64,000 nucleotides of DNA from an uncultured Candidatus Rokubacteria bacterium (GCA_963789955.1 CAWBMV010000016.1:32001-96000); one strand, 5' to 3'; shown: positions 1 to 9,372, counted from the first letter of the stretch. Translations and numbers: made by a program. Notes: generated from the letters alone by a model not told the origin.

Positions 1-1336
1 CCGGCTGCTGGAAGTCGACCTGGATCGTCGCCACCTGCCAGCGCCGTCCGAGCGCGTCCTGGACGTCGACGTCGATCTTCGGGCCGTAGAACGTTCCGTC
101 ACCCGGATTCAGCTCGAAGGCGAGGCCGTTCGCGCGCAGCGCGTCGTGCAGCGCGCCCTCGGCCGCCTGCCACTGCTCGTCCGAGCCCAGTGATTTCTCG
201 GGGCGCGTCGACAGCTTGAAGAACGGCTCGAGCATGAAGGTCTTGTACCACTCGCGGACCAGCTCGAGCACCGCGGTGATCTCGTCCTGGATCTGATCGA
301 GGCGGCAGTAGATGTGCGCGTCGTCCTGCGTGAACTGCCGCACCCGCATGAGGCCGGTCAAGGTGCCCGAGCGCTCGTTGCGGTGCAGCCGTCCCATGTC
401 CGCGAAGCGGAGCGGCAGGTCGCGATACGAGCGCAGCGCGTGCCGATAGACCAGCGTCGACTCGGGGCAGTTCATCGGCTTGAGGCCGAAGAGCTGCTCC
501 TCGGACTCCACCAGGAACATGTTCTCGCGGTAGTGATCCCAGTGACCCGATTCTTCCCAGAGCTTCTTGTTGACGAGGATCGGCGTCGAGATCTCCTGAT
601 AGCCGCGCGCGTCGAGCACCTCGCGGACGAAGCGCTCGAGCTCGCGCACCATCACCCAGCCGTTCGGGAGCCAGAAGGGCGCGCCGGGCGAGACGTCGTG
701 GAACGCGTACAGATCGAGCTCGCGTCCGAGCTTGCGATGGTCGCGCTTCTTCGCCTCCTCGAGGCGCCAGAGGTGCTTGTCGAGCTCCTCCTGCGTCAGC
801 CACGCGGTGCCGTAGATGCGCTGGAGCATCGGGTTGCGCTCGTCGCCGCGCCAGTAGGCCCCCGAGGACGACAGGAGCTTGAAGTGCTTCACCTGCCCCG
901 TCGACGGCACGTGCGGCCCGCGGCAGAGGTCGATGAAGTCGCCCTGACTGTAGAGCGACACGCGCGGGGCATCGATGCCCTCGAGGATCTCGACCTTGAA
1001 CGGCTCGTTCCGCTCGCGGAAGAAGCGAATGGCCTCCTCGCGTGGCATCTCCTGCCGCTGGAACGGGAGGTCGGCCTTCGCGATCTCCTTCATGACCTCT
1101 TCGATCTTCGCGAGGTCTTCCGGAGTGAACGGCTCCGATTTGGCGAAGTCGTAGTAGAAGCCGTCCTCGATCGACGGACCGATCGCGACGCGAACCGCGG
1201 GAAAGAGCCGCTTCACGGCTTGCGCCATGACGTGCGACGTGGAATGCCGCAGGGTCGCGAGCGGCGACGGATCGCAGTCGAAGTCGCCGGTCAGCTTGAG
1301 GTGACGATCTTCTTCAGACAGTGGTGCGCTCGTCAG
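1..1336 (-). CDS. thrS: Threonyl-tRNA synthetase (5' part; runs off window)
   Basis: Manual minus-strand translation gives LRHSTSHVMAQAVKRLFP, DLCRGPHVP, GAYWRGDERNPMLQRIYGTAW, KPMNCP and GLMRVRQFTQDDAHIYC. There is an in-frame TGA at 1339-1337, and only CTG codons (1336, 1321) precede the conserved region. Confidence 0.95.
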   Translation of the reverse strand, partial: MTSAPLSEEDRHLKLTGDFDCDPSPLATLRHSTSHVMAQAVKRLFPAVRVAIGPSIEDGFYYDFAKSEPFTPEDLAKIEEVMKEIAKADLPFQRQEMPREEAIRFFRERNEPFKVEILEGIDAPRVSLYSQGDFIDLCRGPHVPSTGQVKHFKLLSSSGAYWRGDERNPMLQRIYGTAWLTQEELDKHLWRLEEAKKRDHRKLGRELDLYAFHDVSPGAPFWLPNGWVMVRELERFVREVLDARGYQEISTPILVNKKLWEESGHWDHYRENMFLVESEEQLFGLKPMNCPESTLVYRHALRSYRDLPLRFADMGRLHRNERSGTLTGLMRVRQFTQDDAHIYCRLDQIQDEITAVLELVREWYKTFMLEPFFKLSTRPEKSLGSDEQWQAAEGALHDALRANGLAFELNPGDGTFYGPKIDVDVQDALGRRWQVATIQVDFQQP

Positions 1337-1413
1337 TCAGTGTGACTAGTCGTGCGCGCTGCAGGCCGTCGCGGGGCTAGGGCCCCGCCGGCCAAGGCGC
1401 GCTCATGAAAAAG

Positions 1414-1488
1414 TGGTAGGCTCGGGCGGTTTCGAACCGCCGACCTCCTCTGCGTCAGAGAGGCGCTCTCCCACTGAGCTACGAGCCT
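1414..1488 (-). tRNA. tRNA-Val(GAC)
   Basis: Reverse complement AGGCTCGTAGCTCAGTGGGAGAGCGCCTCTCTGACGCAGAGGAGGTCGGCGGTTCGAAACCGCCCGAGCCTACCA folds as a cloverleaf with anticodon GAC, a TTCGA T-loop and encoded CCA. Confidence 0.96.
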
Positions 1489-1504
1489 ATCCAGAGTGAC
1501 GCTC

Positions 1505-1534
1505 ATGCTACATGCGACGCGGCGAGCATGTCAA
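1505..1534 (-). promoter_or_regulatory. Putative sigma70 promoter for tRNA-Val/thrS
   Basis: TTGACA (1534-1529), 18 nt spacer, TAGCAT (1510-1505) just upstream of the tRNA. Confidence 0.55.
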
Positions 1535-1560
1535 GGCAAGGTCCTGGAATTACGAGCGTT

Positions 1561-2578
1561 TCAACGAAGGATATTGGTGAGCGAGCTCTCGACCAGCTGA
1601 TAGTGGAACGCGGCGACGATCTTGACGCCCGAGCTGCCGGACTTCGCCGACGCCATGAGAGACGCGGGAACGGGCGGAAATGGCTGCGCGAGCTTGATGG
1701 CGTTCGCGGCGTAGTCGTCATAGATCGGGTAGCCCGACTGCTGGGCCACCTCGACCGTCGGGACGCGGCCGTCCTTCAGGATGCCGAACACGATCACGAG
1801 TCGGGCCGACTTGTAGTCGCAGTGGCCGTTCGCGAGGTCCTTGACGCAGGGATAGCCCCACTTCTCCTTGATCATCCGGCGGATGCGCTCGAGGTAGTCG
1901 TTGAACTTCGGATCGTTGGAGTCGAGCGGAATCGGCTCGCCTTCGATCCCGGCCCAGCCCTCTCCCGAGCCTCCAGCCCCTGGGGGTCCGCCTCGACGCA
2001 GCGCAGAGCGGCTATCGATCAGCGGCGGGCGCGGTGGAACCGCGGCCACCCTGGGCTGCGGCGGGCTCGCCGGAGCCGCCTCGCGCGGCGCCGCCGCGTC
2101 CGGCGCGGGTGCCGGCTCGTTCGACGATCGGCTCGGTCGGTTGCGGAGGAGGCGGAGTCGCGGCGGCCTGCAGGCCGTCGGGCGCCGGCGGTTCGGGCGT
2201 GGCCGACCGGGCGGGCTGGCTCGGCGGAGCCGTCTGATTCGGGGCTCGCTGCTGCGGCGCGCGAGCCTCGCGCTGGGCCGGCTGCGGCGGGCTCGGAGCC
2301 ATCCTCGGCTGCGGCGGGGCTTTGGCCACCTCGGGTGCCGGGGGCGTGGGCGGAGCCTTCGGCGCCGGTGACGGCGCCGGCGGCGATCCGCGCTGTGCCT
2401 GCTCCTCGGCCTGCGGAAGCTCGACGAAGAGAGGCTCGCCCCGCTTGACCATGGGCGAGTCCGACGGAGTCCGAATGAAGAAAACGGCAGCGAGCAAAAG
2501 GAGATGGAGGCCGACCGACACCCCGATGGCGACGGCAAGAGGGCCCGAGTTCACACGTCGTGGGCCGTGCACACGCAT
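1561..2578 (-). CDS. TonB/TolA-family energy transducer (frameshifted near 2150)
   Basis: N-terminal TM anchor with SxxxH-like SVGLH, a Pro/Ala-rich linker, and a TonB_C-like C-terminal domain (YLERIRRMIKEKWGYP...SGYPIYDDYAANAI...PFPPVP) in a second frame. Confidence 0.75.
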
Positions 2579-2607
2579 CTCCAGAGATTATAGCCCCGCG
2601 CCGCCGG

Positions 2608-3624
2608 CTACAGGTCTCGGTCCATGGCCCTGGCGATCTTCCGCACGCGCTGCATCAGGGCGGCGAAACGCTCGGGCTTGAGCGACTGCGGCCCATCAGA
2701 CAGGGCCTCCTCGGGATGCGGATGCACCTCGATGATGAGCCCGTCGGCGCCGGCCGCGACGCCGGCCAGGGCCATCGCTTCGACGAACTGCCAGTGGCCC
2801 GTTCCGTGGCTCGGATCGACCAGGATGGGCAGATGCGAGAGCTGTTTGACCGCCGGGACCGCGTTGAGGTCGAGCGTGAACCGCGTCGAGGCCTCGAACG
2901 TACGGATCCCGCGCTCGCAGAGGATGACGTTCGGGTTGCCGCGCGCGAGCACGTACTCGGCCGAGAGGAGCCACTCCTGGATCGTCGTCGCCATGCCGCG
3001 CTTCAACAGGACGGGCTTGCCGGCATCGCCTACGCGCCGGAGCAGCGGGAAGTTCTGCACGTTGCGGGCGCCGACCTGCAGGATGTCGGCGTGCTCGGCG
3101 ACGATATCGACCTTGTCGGGCTCCATGACCTCGGTGACGATCGGCAGTCCGGTCTCGCGCTTGGCTTCGGCCAGGAGCTTCAGCCCCTCGTCCTCGAGCC
3201 CCTGGAAGGCATAGGGCGAGGTGCGCGGCTTGAAGGCGCCGCCGCGCAGGATGTGGGCGCCGGCCGCCTTCACCTTCTCGGCGGCCTCGAGCAGCTGCGG
3301 GCGCGACTCGACGGAGCACGGCCCGGCCATGACCACCAGCGACTTGCCGCCGATCGTCACGTCGCCGACGCGGATCACGGTCGGCTCGTCGCGGACCTCG
3401 CGGCTCGCGAGCTTGAACGGCTTGAGGATCGGAGTGACCGACTCGACGCACTCGAGCGACTCGAGGCTCCGCAGCGCGTCCTTGCCGCGATCGTCGCCGA
3501 CCGCGCCGATCACCGTGCGCAGCGCGCCGCGGATCGTGTGCGGGCTGTAGCCCATGGCGGTGATGCGATGACAAACGTCCTCGACCTGCGCGTCCGAGGC
3601 TCCCGACTTCAGCACGATGATCAT
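2608..3624 (-). CDS. aroF: DAHP synthase, type I-beta with N-terminal regulatory domain
   Basis: MIIVLK N-terminus, [46 protein letters not shown]. Confidence 0.95.
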   Translation of the reverse strand: MIIVLKSGASDAQVEDVCHRITAMGYSPHTIRGALRTVIGAVGDDRGKDALRSLESLECVESVTPILKPFKLASREVRDEPTVIRVGDVTIGGKSLVVMAGPCSVESRPQLLEAAEKVKAAGAHILRGGAFKPRTSPYAFQGLEDEGLKLLAEAKRETGLPIVTEVMEPDKVDIVAEHADILQVGARNVQNFPLLRRVGDAGKPVLLKRGMATTIQEWLLSAEYVLARGNPNVILCERGIRTFEASTRFTLDLNAVPAVKQLSHLPILVDPSHGTGHWQFVEAMALAGVAAGADGLIIEVHPHPEEALSDGPQSLKPERFAALMQRVRKIARAMDRDL

Positions 3625-3628
3625 GGCT

Positions 3629-3835
3629 GTTGTTGTAGCGGGGACCGTGAGGCCGGCTCACACCGAGGGTGGCCTGAGATAGGCGCGACCCGGCTCCGTT
3701 TTGCCCGCTCCTTTCCGTGCCGTTCATGACGGCACTCTGGTTTCGTTGTTGTAGCGGGGACCGTGAGATCGGCTCACACCGAGGGTGGCCTGAGATAGGC
3801 GCGACCCGGCTCCGCTCGCCCGTTCTCTGCCGTTG
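3629..3835. repeat. Tandem direct repeat, two copies, 70-bp near-identical core, period 116 bp
   Basis: gttgttgtagcggggaccgtgag..cggctcacaccgagggtggcctgagataggcgcgacccggctccg at 3629-3698 and 3745-3814, followed by weaker similarity. Confidence 0.9.
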
Positions 3836-3864
3836 TTGCGCCGTCTCGCCTCCCCCGTCGTCTG

Positions 3865-3899
3865 AAAAAACAAAAGGCCGCGGGGAGAGCCCGCGGCCT
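3865..3899 (-). terminator. Intrinsic terminator of the aroF attenuator
   Basis: AGGCCGCGGG-ctctc-CCCGCGGCCT followed by TTTGTTTTTT on the minus strand. Confidence 0.85.
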
Positions 3900-3950
3900 G
3901 GAGTGGATCGGCGCCGCGGGCTTTCGGTCCGCCCGCGGCCCCTGCTTATC

Positions 3951-4026
3951 TCAAGTCAGAGCGCCTGGGCGGACCTCGCCGAAGAAGTAAAAGTAAAAGC
4001 CGAAGTACCGAGATCGAGGTGCTCAT
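3951..4026 (-). promoter_or_regulatory. Phe/Tyr-rich attenuator leader peptide for aroF (ATG is one base out of frame as assembled)
   Basis: Codons 4007-3981 read TAC TTC GGC TTT TAC TTT TAC TTC TTC (YFGFYFYFF) and end at TGA 3953-3951. The ATG is at 4026. Confidence 0.75.
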
Positions 4027-4038
4027 GGCGTGTCGGAA

Positions 4039-4067
4039 AGTCTAGCGGGGCGTCCCGGGGCCGTCAA
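4039..4067 (-). promoter_or_regulatory. sigma70 promoter of the aroF leader
   Basis: TTGACG (4067-4062), 17 nt spacer, TAGACT (4044-4039). Confidence 0.7.
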
Positions 4068-4782
4068 GCGCTTTCTCGGCGCCGCCCTTGTCGCCGCGCG
4101 GCTTGTGAAACCGCTTGATCAGGCTCGCGCGGTAGTAGTAGAGCGGCAGGCAGAGCGCCACGACGATCGCCATGAACGCGATGGCGTAGATGTATTGCTG
4201 CTCGGCCACGTGCGCGCCGAAGTACGACGAGACCCACGTGCCGGGAATTCGCGCGACGGTCGAGACGACCGCGAACAGCCAGAAGGGCATCGGACTGATG
4301 CCGAACAGGTACGAGACGATGTCCTTCGGGAAGCCCGGGATCAGATACAAGATGAAGCAGATGATCGCGCCCTCGGCTTCGAGGACGAAGTTCATCTGAT
4401 TCCAGTGGTGCTCGCTGAGCCATGGGCGCACGAGCGGCTCGCCCCATCTGCGCCCTACCCAGAAGCAGAAGAGCGTGCCGACCGTCAGGCCGATCGTCGA
4501 GTAGAGGAGCCCGAGCCACGTGCCGAAGAGCGCGCCGCCGACCGGTCCGGTGATCTCGCCGGGGATCGGCGAGATGATCACCTGGAGCGCCTGGATGGCG
4601 ATGAAGACGAGGGGCGCCATCCAGCCCCACGAGCGCACCGTGTCCTTGAGGAACTTCTTGTCCTGGTAGAGGCGGACCGTGAACCGGATGATCGCGGCGT
4701 CGGCGGCGACGAGCCAGATGATGATCGCGAGCAGCAGCAGGAGCACCGCCGTGACCAGCGCCCACCGAGCGCGGTCAGTCAT
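4042..4782 (-). CDS. TVP38/TMEM64 (DedA/VTT) family membrane protein
   Basis: QALQVIISPIPGEI...GGALFG, LYLIPGFPKDIVSYLFG, RIPGT. Confidence 0.85.
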   Translation of the reverse strand: MTDRARWALVTAVLLLLLAIIIWLVAADAAIIRFTVRLYQDKKFLKDTVRSWGWMAPLVFIAIQALQVIISPIPGEITGPVGGALFGTWLGLLYSTIGLTVGTLFCFWVGRRWGEPLVRPWLSEHHWNQMNFVLEAEGAIICFILYLIPGFPKDIVSYLFGISPMPFWLFAVVSTVARIPGTWVSSYFGAHVAEQQYIYAIAFMAIVVALCLPLYYYRASLIKRFHKPRGDKGGAEKALDGPGTPR

Positions 4783-4800
4783 CGGGAGCGGTGCGCGGCC

Positions 4801-6198
4801 TCACAGGGCCGGACGACGATCTCTCCAGGGCGAAGCGGTTTCGAAAGCGGCCGACGCCGCCAGCACGGTGCCGTCGGCATGGCGACGCCCGACGATCTGC
4901 AGGCCGACCGGAAGGCCCTCGTCGGTCCATCCGGCCGGCACGCTCGCCGCGGGCTGGCCCGTCAGGTTGAACGGGTACGTGAACGGCATCCATCCGAGCA
5001 CCGAGACGTCCTGCCCGGCGATCTCGCGCGGCGGATGCGCGCCCGCCGCGAACGGCAAGGTCGCCACCGTCGGCATGAGCAGCACGTCGAAGCGCTCGAG
5101 GAACGTCTGGGCCTCGCGCCAGTATTCTTCGACGCGCGCGACGGCGCGCAGGTAGTCGCGGGTCGCCACGGCGCCACCGCGCCGGATGAATCGCACGAGC
5201 GAGGCATCCATGTGCGGCTCGGCATCCGGAAGGCGATCGGACCAGGCGGCGTAGAACTGCGCGGCGATGATCGTCGCGAAGATCTCCTCGGGATTCTCCC
5301 ACCCGGGATTGACGACCTCGACGTGACAGCCGAGCGTCTCGAACACGCCCGCCGCGTTCTCGCACGCCGCCAGCACCTTGGGGTCGACCGCCGCGTAGCC
5401 GAGATCCGGTGTCCACGCGACGTTGAGTCCCCTCACGTCGCCGTCGCACATCGTCAGAAATGAGCGGAGCTCGCGCGGCAGGGAGCTGCGGTCGCGGTCG
5501 TCGCCGCCGGCCACCACGTCGAGCACGGCCGCCGCGTCGCGCACGGTGCGGGTGATCGGGCCGACGTGATTGACGCGCTCGAAGCCGCCGAACAGCGCGC
5601 GGTCCGGCACGCGCCCGAAGGAGGGCTTGAAGCCGTAGAGCCCGCAGAACGCCGCCGGGATCCGGACCGAGCCGCCGCCGTCGGTCCCGAGCGCGATCGG
5701 GCCCACGCCGCTCGCCACCGCGGCGGCGGCGCCGCCGCTCGAGCCTCCGGGCGTGAGCGTCGTGTCCCAAGGATTGCGCGTGATGCCGAAGAGCGGGTTC
5801 TCGGTGAACGCCTTGTGGCCGAACTCCGACGTGTTGGTCTTCCCGAGCAGCACGGCGCCGGCGGCCTTGAGCCGGCCGAACGAGAGCGCGTCTTCCTCGG
5901 GGACGAAATCGGCGAAGAGCCGAGAGCCGCCGGTCGTCGTCAGCCCGCGCGTCGGCAGGACATCCTTGACCGAGAACGGCACGCCGTGGAGAGGACCGAG
6001 CGGCTCGCCTTTCATCACCGCGATCTCCGCCTCGCGGGCGGCGACGCGGGCGACGTCGGCGGTCACGAGACAGAACGCGTTGAGGGTCGGGTTGACCGCT
6101 TCGAGTCTGGCGAGAATCGCGTCGAGTACCTCGAGCGGCTTGACCTCTTTACGCCGGACGAGATCGGCGATCTCGAGCGCGGAGAGCCAAGTCTCCAT
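4801..6198 (-). CDS. Amidase signature family protein
   Basis: GPLHGVPFSVKD, GKTNTSEFG, PGGSSGG, GTDGGGSVRIPA. Confidence 0.92.
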   Translation of the reverse strand: METWLSALEIADLVRRKEVKPLEVLDAILARLEAVNPTLNAFCLVTADVARVAAREAEIAVMKGEPLGPLHGVPFSVKDVLPTRGLTTTGGSRLFADFVPEEDALSFGRLKAAGAVLLGKTNTSEFGHKAFTENPLFGITRNPWDTTLTPGGSSGGAAAAVASGVGPIALGTDGGGSVRIPAAFCGLYGFKPSFGRVPDRALFGGFERVNHVGPITRTVRDAAAVLDVVAGGDDRDRSSLPRELRSFLTMCDGDVRGLNVAWTPDLGYAAVDPKVLAACENAAGVFETLGCHVEVVNPGWENPEEIFATIIAAQFYAAWSDRLPDAEPHMDASLVRFIRRGGAVATRDYLRAVARVEEYWREAQTFLERFDVLLMPTVATLPFAAGAHPPREIAGQDVSVLGWMPFTYPFNLTGQPAASVPAGWTDEGLPVGLQIVGRRHADGTVLAASAAFETASPWRDRRPAL

Positions 6199-6227
6199 TG
6201 ACGGGCCGCATTGTATCATTGCGCTTC

Positions 6228-7408
6228 GTGCAGATCGTGGATCGCCGGGGGACGCTCGTCACCGTCCTGCGCCCGACGGCCACCGGGTCGATCGAGAGCG
6301 CGTGGGTTCGCATTCCGGACGGCTCCTGGCTCGGCATCGAACCGCGCGCAACGCGCGACGCGCCGTGGGGCTGGTCCGACCGGCTCTGGCACGCCGCGGA
6401 GCCGCCCGCCAACGGCTGGCACGGAGCGCGGCTCACCCTCTTCGAGTCGCTCGACTGGGCGCGCATCGATCGCATTCCAGTCCTCGCGGAGCCCGCGCGA
6501 TTGCCGCCCGGCGGCGGGACCGCGGTGTTGAACTTCATCGCCGCGCGCGCGGCCGAGCAGGGCGCCGGCCCCCTCGCGTATCGCGGCCCCTATCCGACCG
6601 AGCAGCTCTTTCTGGCGCTCCTCGAGTCGTTCCGTTACGAGCCCCACGCGGCCGACCCGCTCGCGGACTTCATGGCCGGAGGCCTCACCTGGCGGCCGGC
6701 GCCCTCCGAGCATCTGTTCGTCGGCGACGACCTCTACGTGCAAGGTCGTGACCGGATCGAGAAGGTCGTGTGGCGCGGCATCACCTACTACCGGCCGGAG
6801 TGGCAGGACGTCGTGCGCCACACGCCGCGCCGGATCGTCGACGCGCCCGACGGGGTGCGGTGCGGGCTCTGGGCTCTCTCACAACGGCTCGAGGACGCGC
6901 TCCTGCTCCGCCCCGACGGTGATCTCGCGGCGATCCTCGCGGTCGAGCCGACACCCGCGGCGAGCCGGCCCCTCCCGGACCGCGTGTGGGCCGGCGTCGC
7001 CGCGGTCGTCGCCGCGCGCGGCGCCGCGCCGCTGGCGTCCTTCGTGGAATCGGTTGCCGGAGCGTTCTCGCTCGAGTGGGGCCCGGTCGCGCGGGACCTG
7101 GTCCAGATCGGTCGAGGCCGCGTGCGAATCTCCGAGCGGCTCCGCGAGGCGCTCGCGGCCGGGCTGGCGGCGGCGCCCGACGCCGGCGACCGCGCCGCGC
7201 TCGGGCTGGCCGTGATCGCGGAGATGGCCGCGCTCGTGGGCGACGCGCTCCGAGGGCGCGCCCAGGCCGAGATCCTCGCGCGCTCCGGCCCCGAGTCGGT
7301 CGCCGAGCTGGCCCGACCCCAGCGGCGCCCGGCGAGCGGGGCGGCGCCGAACGGGCTCGCGACATCACGGCGGGGGTCGAAGCGCTGCTGGCCGAGGCCG
7401 GCCGCTGA
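6228..7408 (+). CDS. Hypothetical protein (frameshift near 7335; start uncertain)
   Basis: Long ORF with genome-typical codon use and globular segments (YRGPYPTEQLFLALLESF). The C-terminus GAERARDITAGVEALLAEAGR* is in another frame. Confidence 0.6.
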
Positions 7409-7411
7409 GGG

Positions 7412-8633
7412 TCAGTGCGTGGCGCTGAAGATGATCCAGACGTTGAAGGCGATGAACGCGGCGACCGAGAGCGTCGAGAGCCCGACGTAGGCGATCCAGA
7501 GCAGCTCCTCCCGACCCTGCACCATCCGCCCGCGCGCCCGTCAACAGGCCCTTCACGTACGCGATCGCGTCGCTCTTGAGCGTGGGCACGCCCAGCACGT
7601 CGACGAGCACGTGATAGCCGTCCATCTCGATGAAGCAGAAGGGATAGAGCGCGACCACCAGCGCCTGCCACTGGATGATGCCGGACGCGGCGGCGAAGGC
7701 CTGCGTGAAGCTGCCGGTCGGGGCCTTGGCGGCGACGATGAACGCGACCGCGCCGAGGACCAGATGGACGAGCGCACCCGTCACGGCGGTCACCACGCGG
7801 GCGCGGCGGCTCGCCATGAAGATGTCGGTGACGTCGACGTAGAACGTCGGCACGAAGCCGTGCAGGAAGGTGAAGCCGAACTCGCGCACGCGACGCCGAT
7901 AGTGGATGCAGGCCAGCCCGTGCACGAACTGGTGCAGCGCCACGCTGGCGAAGAACAGGAGCTTGACCATCAGGATGCCGCGCAGGGCGTGGCCGCCGAA
8001 TCCCTCGAGCATGTCGTGCACGTCGCGGAAGAGCATCAGCGCGGCGGCGGCGCCCACGACGGCGAGCACGCCACACGCGATCGCGGCGATCGGCGTGAAG
8101 ACGAGGAACCCGCCGTATCGGTAGAGCGCCTGGAAGAACGGCTGGACGTTGTGGCTCGAGATCCGGATACGCTCGAGGCCGGTCAGCGCGAGCTCGAGCG
8201 CCTTCACGATCATGCGGCCGCGGTTGCGCGCCAGGGCCGCCCGCAGCCGCGACCGCGGCTCGAACGTCAGGAGCTGCGCCCGCTGGAGCTTGTGGAGCAA
8301 GCTCGGGATGATCTCGAAGTCGAACTCGCCGTACTTCAGCACGTAGGCGGTCGCGATCTCCTGCAACGAGGTGGCGCCGTCCATCTGATCCCACAGGAAG
8401 CCCTCCTGCGCGGAGAGCAGGAGGAAGCGGTCCGTGGTCTTGTTTTTCAGAATGAAGCCGGGCGCGACAGCCAGCCGCGAGCGCAGCTCGGAGATCTCGT
8501 ACGACTCCTGATCGATCCGGCGCGGGCGCGAGTTGAGGTAGCCGATGACGCTCGCGACCTGGCGGAGCTCGAAGTCCTCCTCGTCGTCGCGCCGGACGAG
8601 CAGCTCGAACTTCGCGGGCGCCGGCCGCTGCAT
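7412..8633 (-). CDS. PqqD/RRE-like domain fused to an M50 (site-2 protease)-like membrane domain with degenerate active site (frameshift near 7520)
   Basis: N-terminal FILKN..RFLLLS..FLWDQMDGATSLQEIA..LLHKL (RRE-like). The membrane part has LHQFVHGLAC, FYVDVTD and LYPFCFIEMDGY. The true C-terminus REELLWIAYVGL...SATH* ends at 7412. Confidence 0.75.
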
Positions 8634-9134
8634 CAGCGCGCCTCGATGTCGAGACCCGGTGGCCTCGAGGCCCCAGCGGGTCGCCTCGGCGACCTGCTGC
8701 GTCGAGCGCCGCAGCCGATCCATGAACACCGTGACCATCGCGTGGAAGAACGCGGCGGCGGCGTGAGGCGCGGTCTCGGTCATCGCCTGCAGGCTATCGC
8801 GTCCGAGGATGAGCAGCTCGACGTCCGTCTCGGCCTGGGCGGTGGCGGAGCGGGGCGAGCCGTCGAAGAGGCTCATCTCGCCGAAGAAGTCGAAGGGCTC
8901 GACGCGCACCAGCACCTGCTCGACCTTGCCGGTCACCGCCTTCGAGATGAGCATGGTCCCGCGCCGCACGATGAACATCTCGTCGCCGCGATCGTCTTCA
9001 CGAAAGAGAATCTGGCGCTTCCGTAGATCACGTTCGCGCAGCCGGTCCGCGACGACGGCGAGATCGGCATCGGAGAAGGATTCGAACACACGAACGTCGC
9101 GCAGGAACGCGAGGGTTTCGGCCGACGCCTGCAC
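8633..9134 (-). CDS. Stand-alone cyclic nucleotide-binding domain protein
   Basis: LFREDDRGDEMFIVRRG, FFGEMSLFDGSPRSATAQA (phosphate-binding cassette). Removing one G at about 8656 gives TGLDIEAR* with a TGATG overlap onto the next gene. Confidence 0.8.
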
Positions 9135-9153
9135 GCGGGGAGTGGCGCGAGGC

Positions 9154-9372
9154 CTAGGTGGCCACGCGGCTGATGAGGCTACTGCGGAACGCGTGTCGCC
9201 GCTCGCTCGACGGCGTCTTCGCGAGCCGGATCAAGGCCTGCTGCACCGTCGCACGCTCGGCGTCGCTCAGCTCGTACTCGGCCAGGAGCGGCTCCGGTGT
9301 GCGCTGGAGCTCGGCGAGAAATTCCGGATCGATCATCACTCGCCCCACCAGCTCACGCAGTCCTTGCGCCAT
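9154..9372 (-). CDS. Small protein resembling NHLP-clan (Os1348/Franean1_4349-like) leader peptides
   Basis: MAQGLRELVGRVMIDPEFLAELQRTPEPLLAEYELSDAE, 72 aa. TATGAT lies 7 nt upstream of the ATG. Confidence 0.7.
   Translation of the reverse strand: MAQGLRELVGRVMIDPEFLAELQRTPEPLLAEYELSDAERATVQQALIRLAKTPSSERRHAFRSSLISRVAT

Noticed and set aside
314..1345. Long plus-strand ORF, and the many similar Arg/Ala/Pro-rich ORFs throughout the track
   Set aside because: These are antisense or off-frame shadows of real genes in high-GC DNA, with no recognisable motifs.
1340..1560. Integrative element at tRNA-Val
   Set aside because: No integrase and no duplicated tRNA 3' end were seen; the flanks are housekeeping genes.
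3629..3835. CRISPR array or hammerhead ribozyme
   Set aside because: Only two 70-bp units, no cas genes, and CTGAGAT does not fit the CUGANGA core.
3946..4026. Leu-sensing leader peptide MSTSISVLRLLLLLLRR
   Set aside because: It is in frame as assembled, but Leu control of DAHP synthase is implausible and the adjacent frame gives 8 of 9 Phe/Tyr codons. Kept only as an alternative.
7365..9134. 589-aa cNMP-RRE-M50 fusion in the ORF track
   Set aside because: Removing one G at about 8656 gives TGLDIEAR* with a TGATG stop/start overlap at 8635-8631, so two coupled genes are more likely. A true fusion is not fully excluded.
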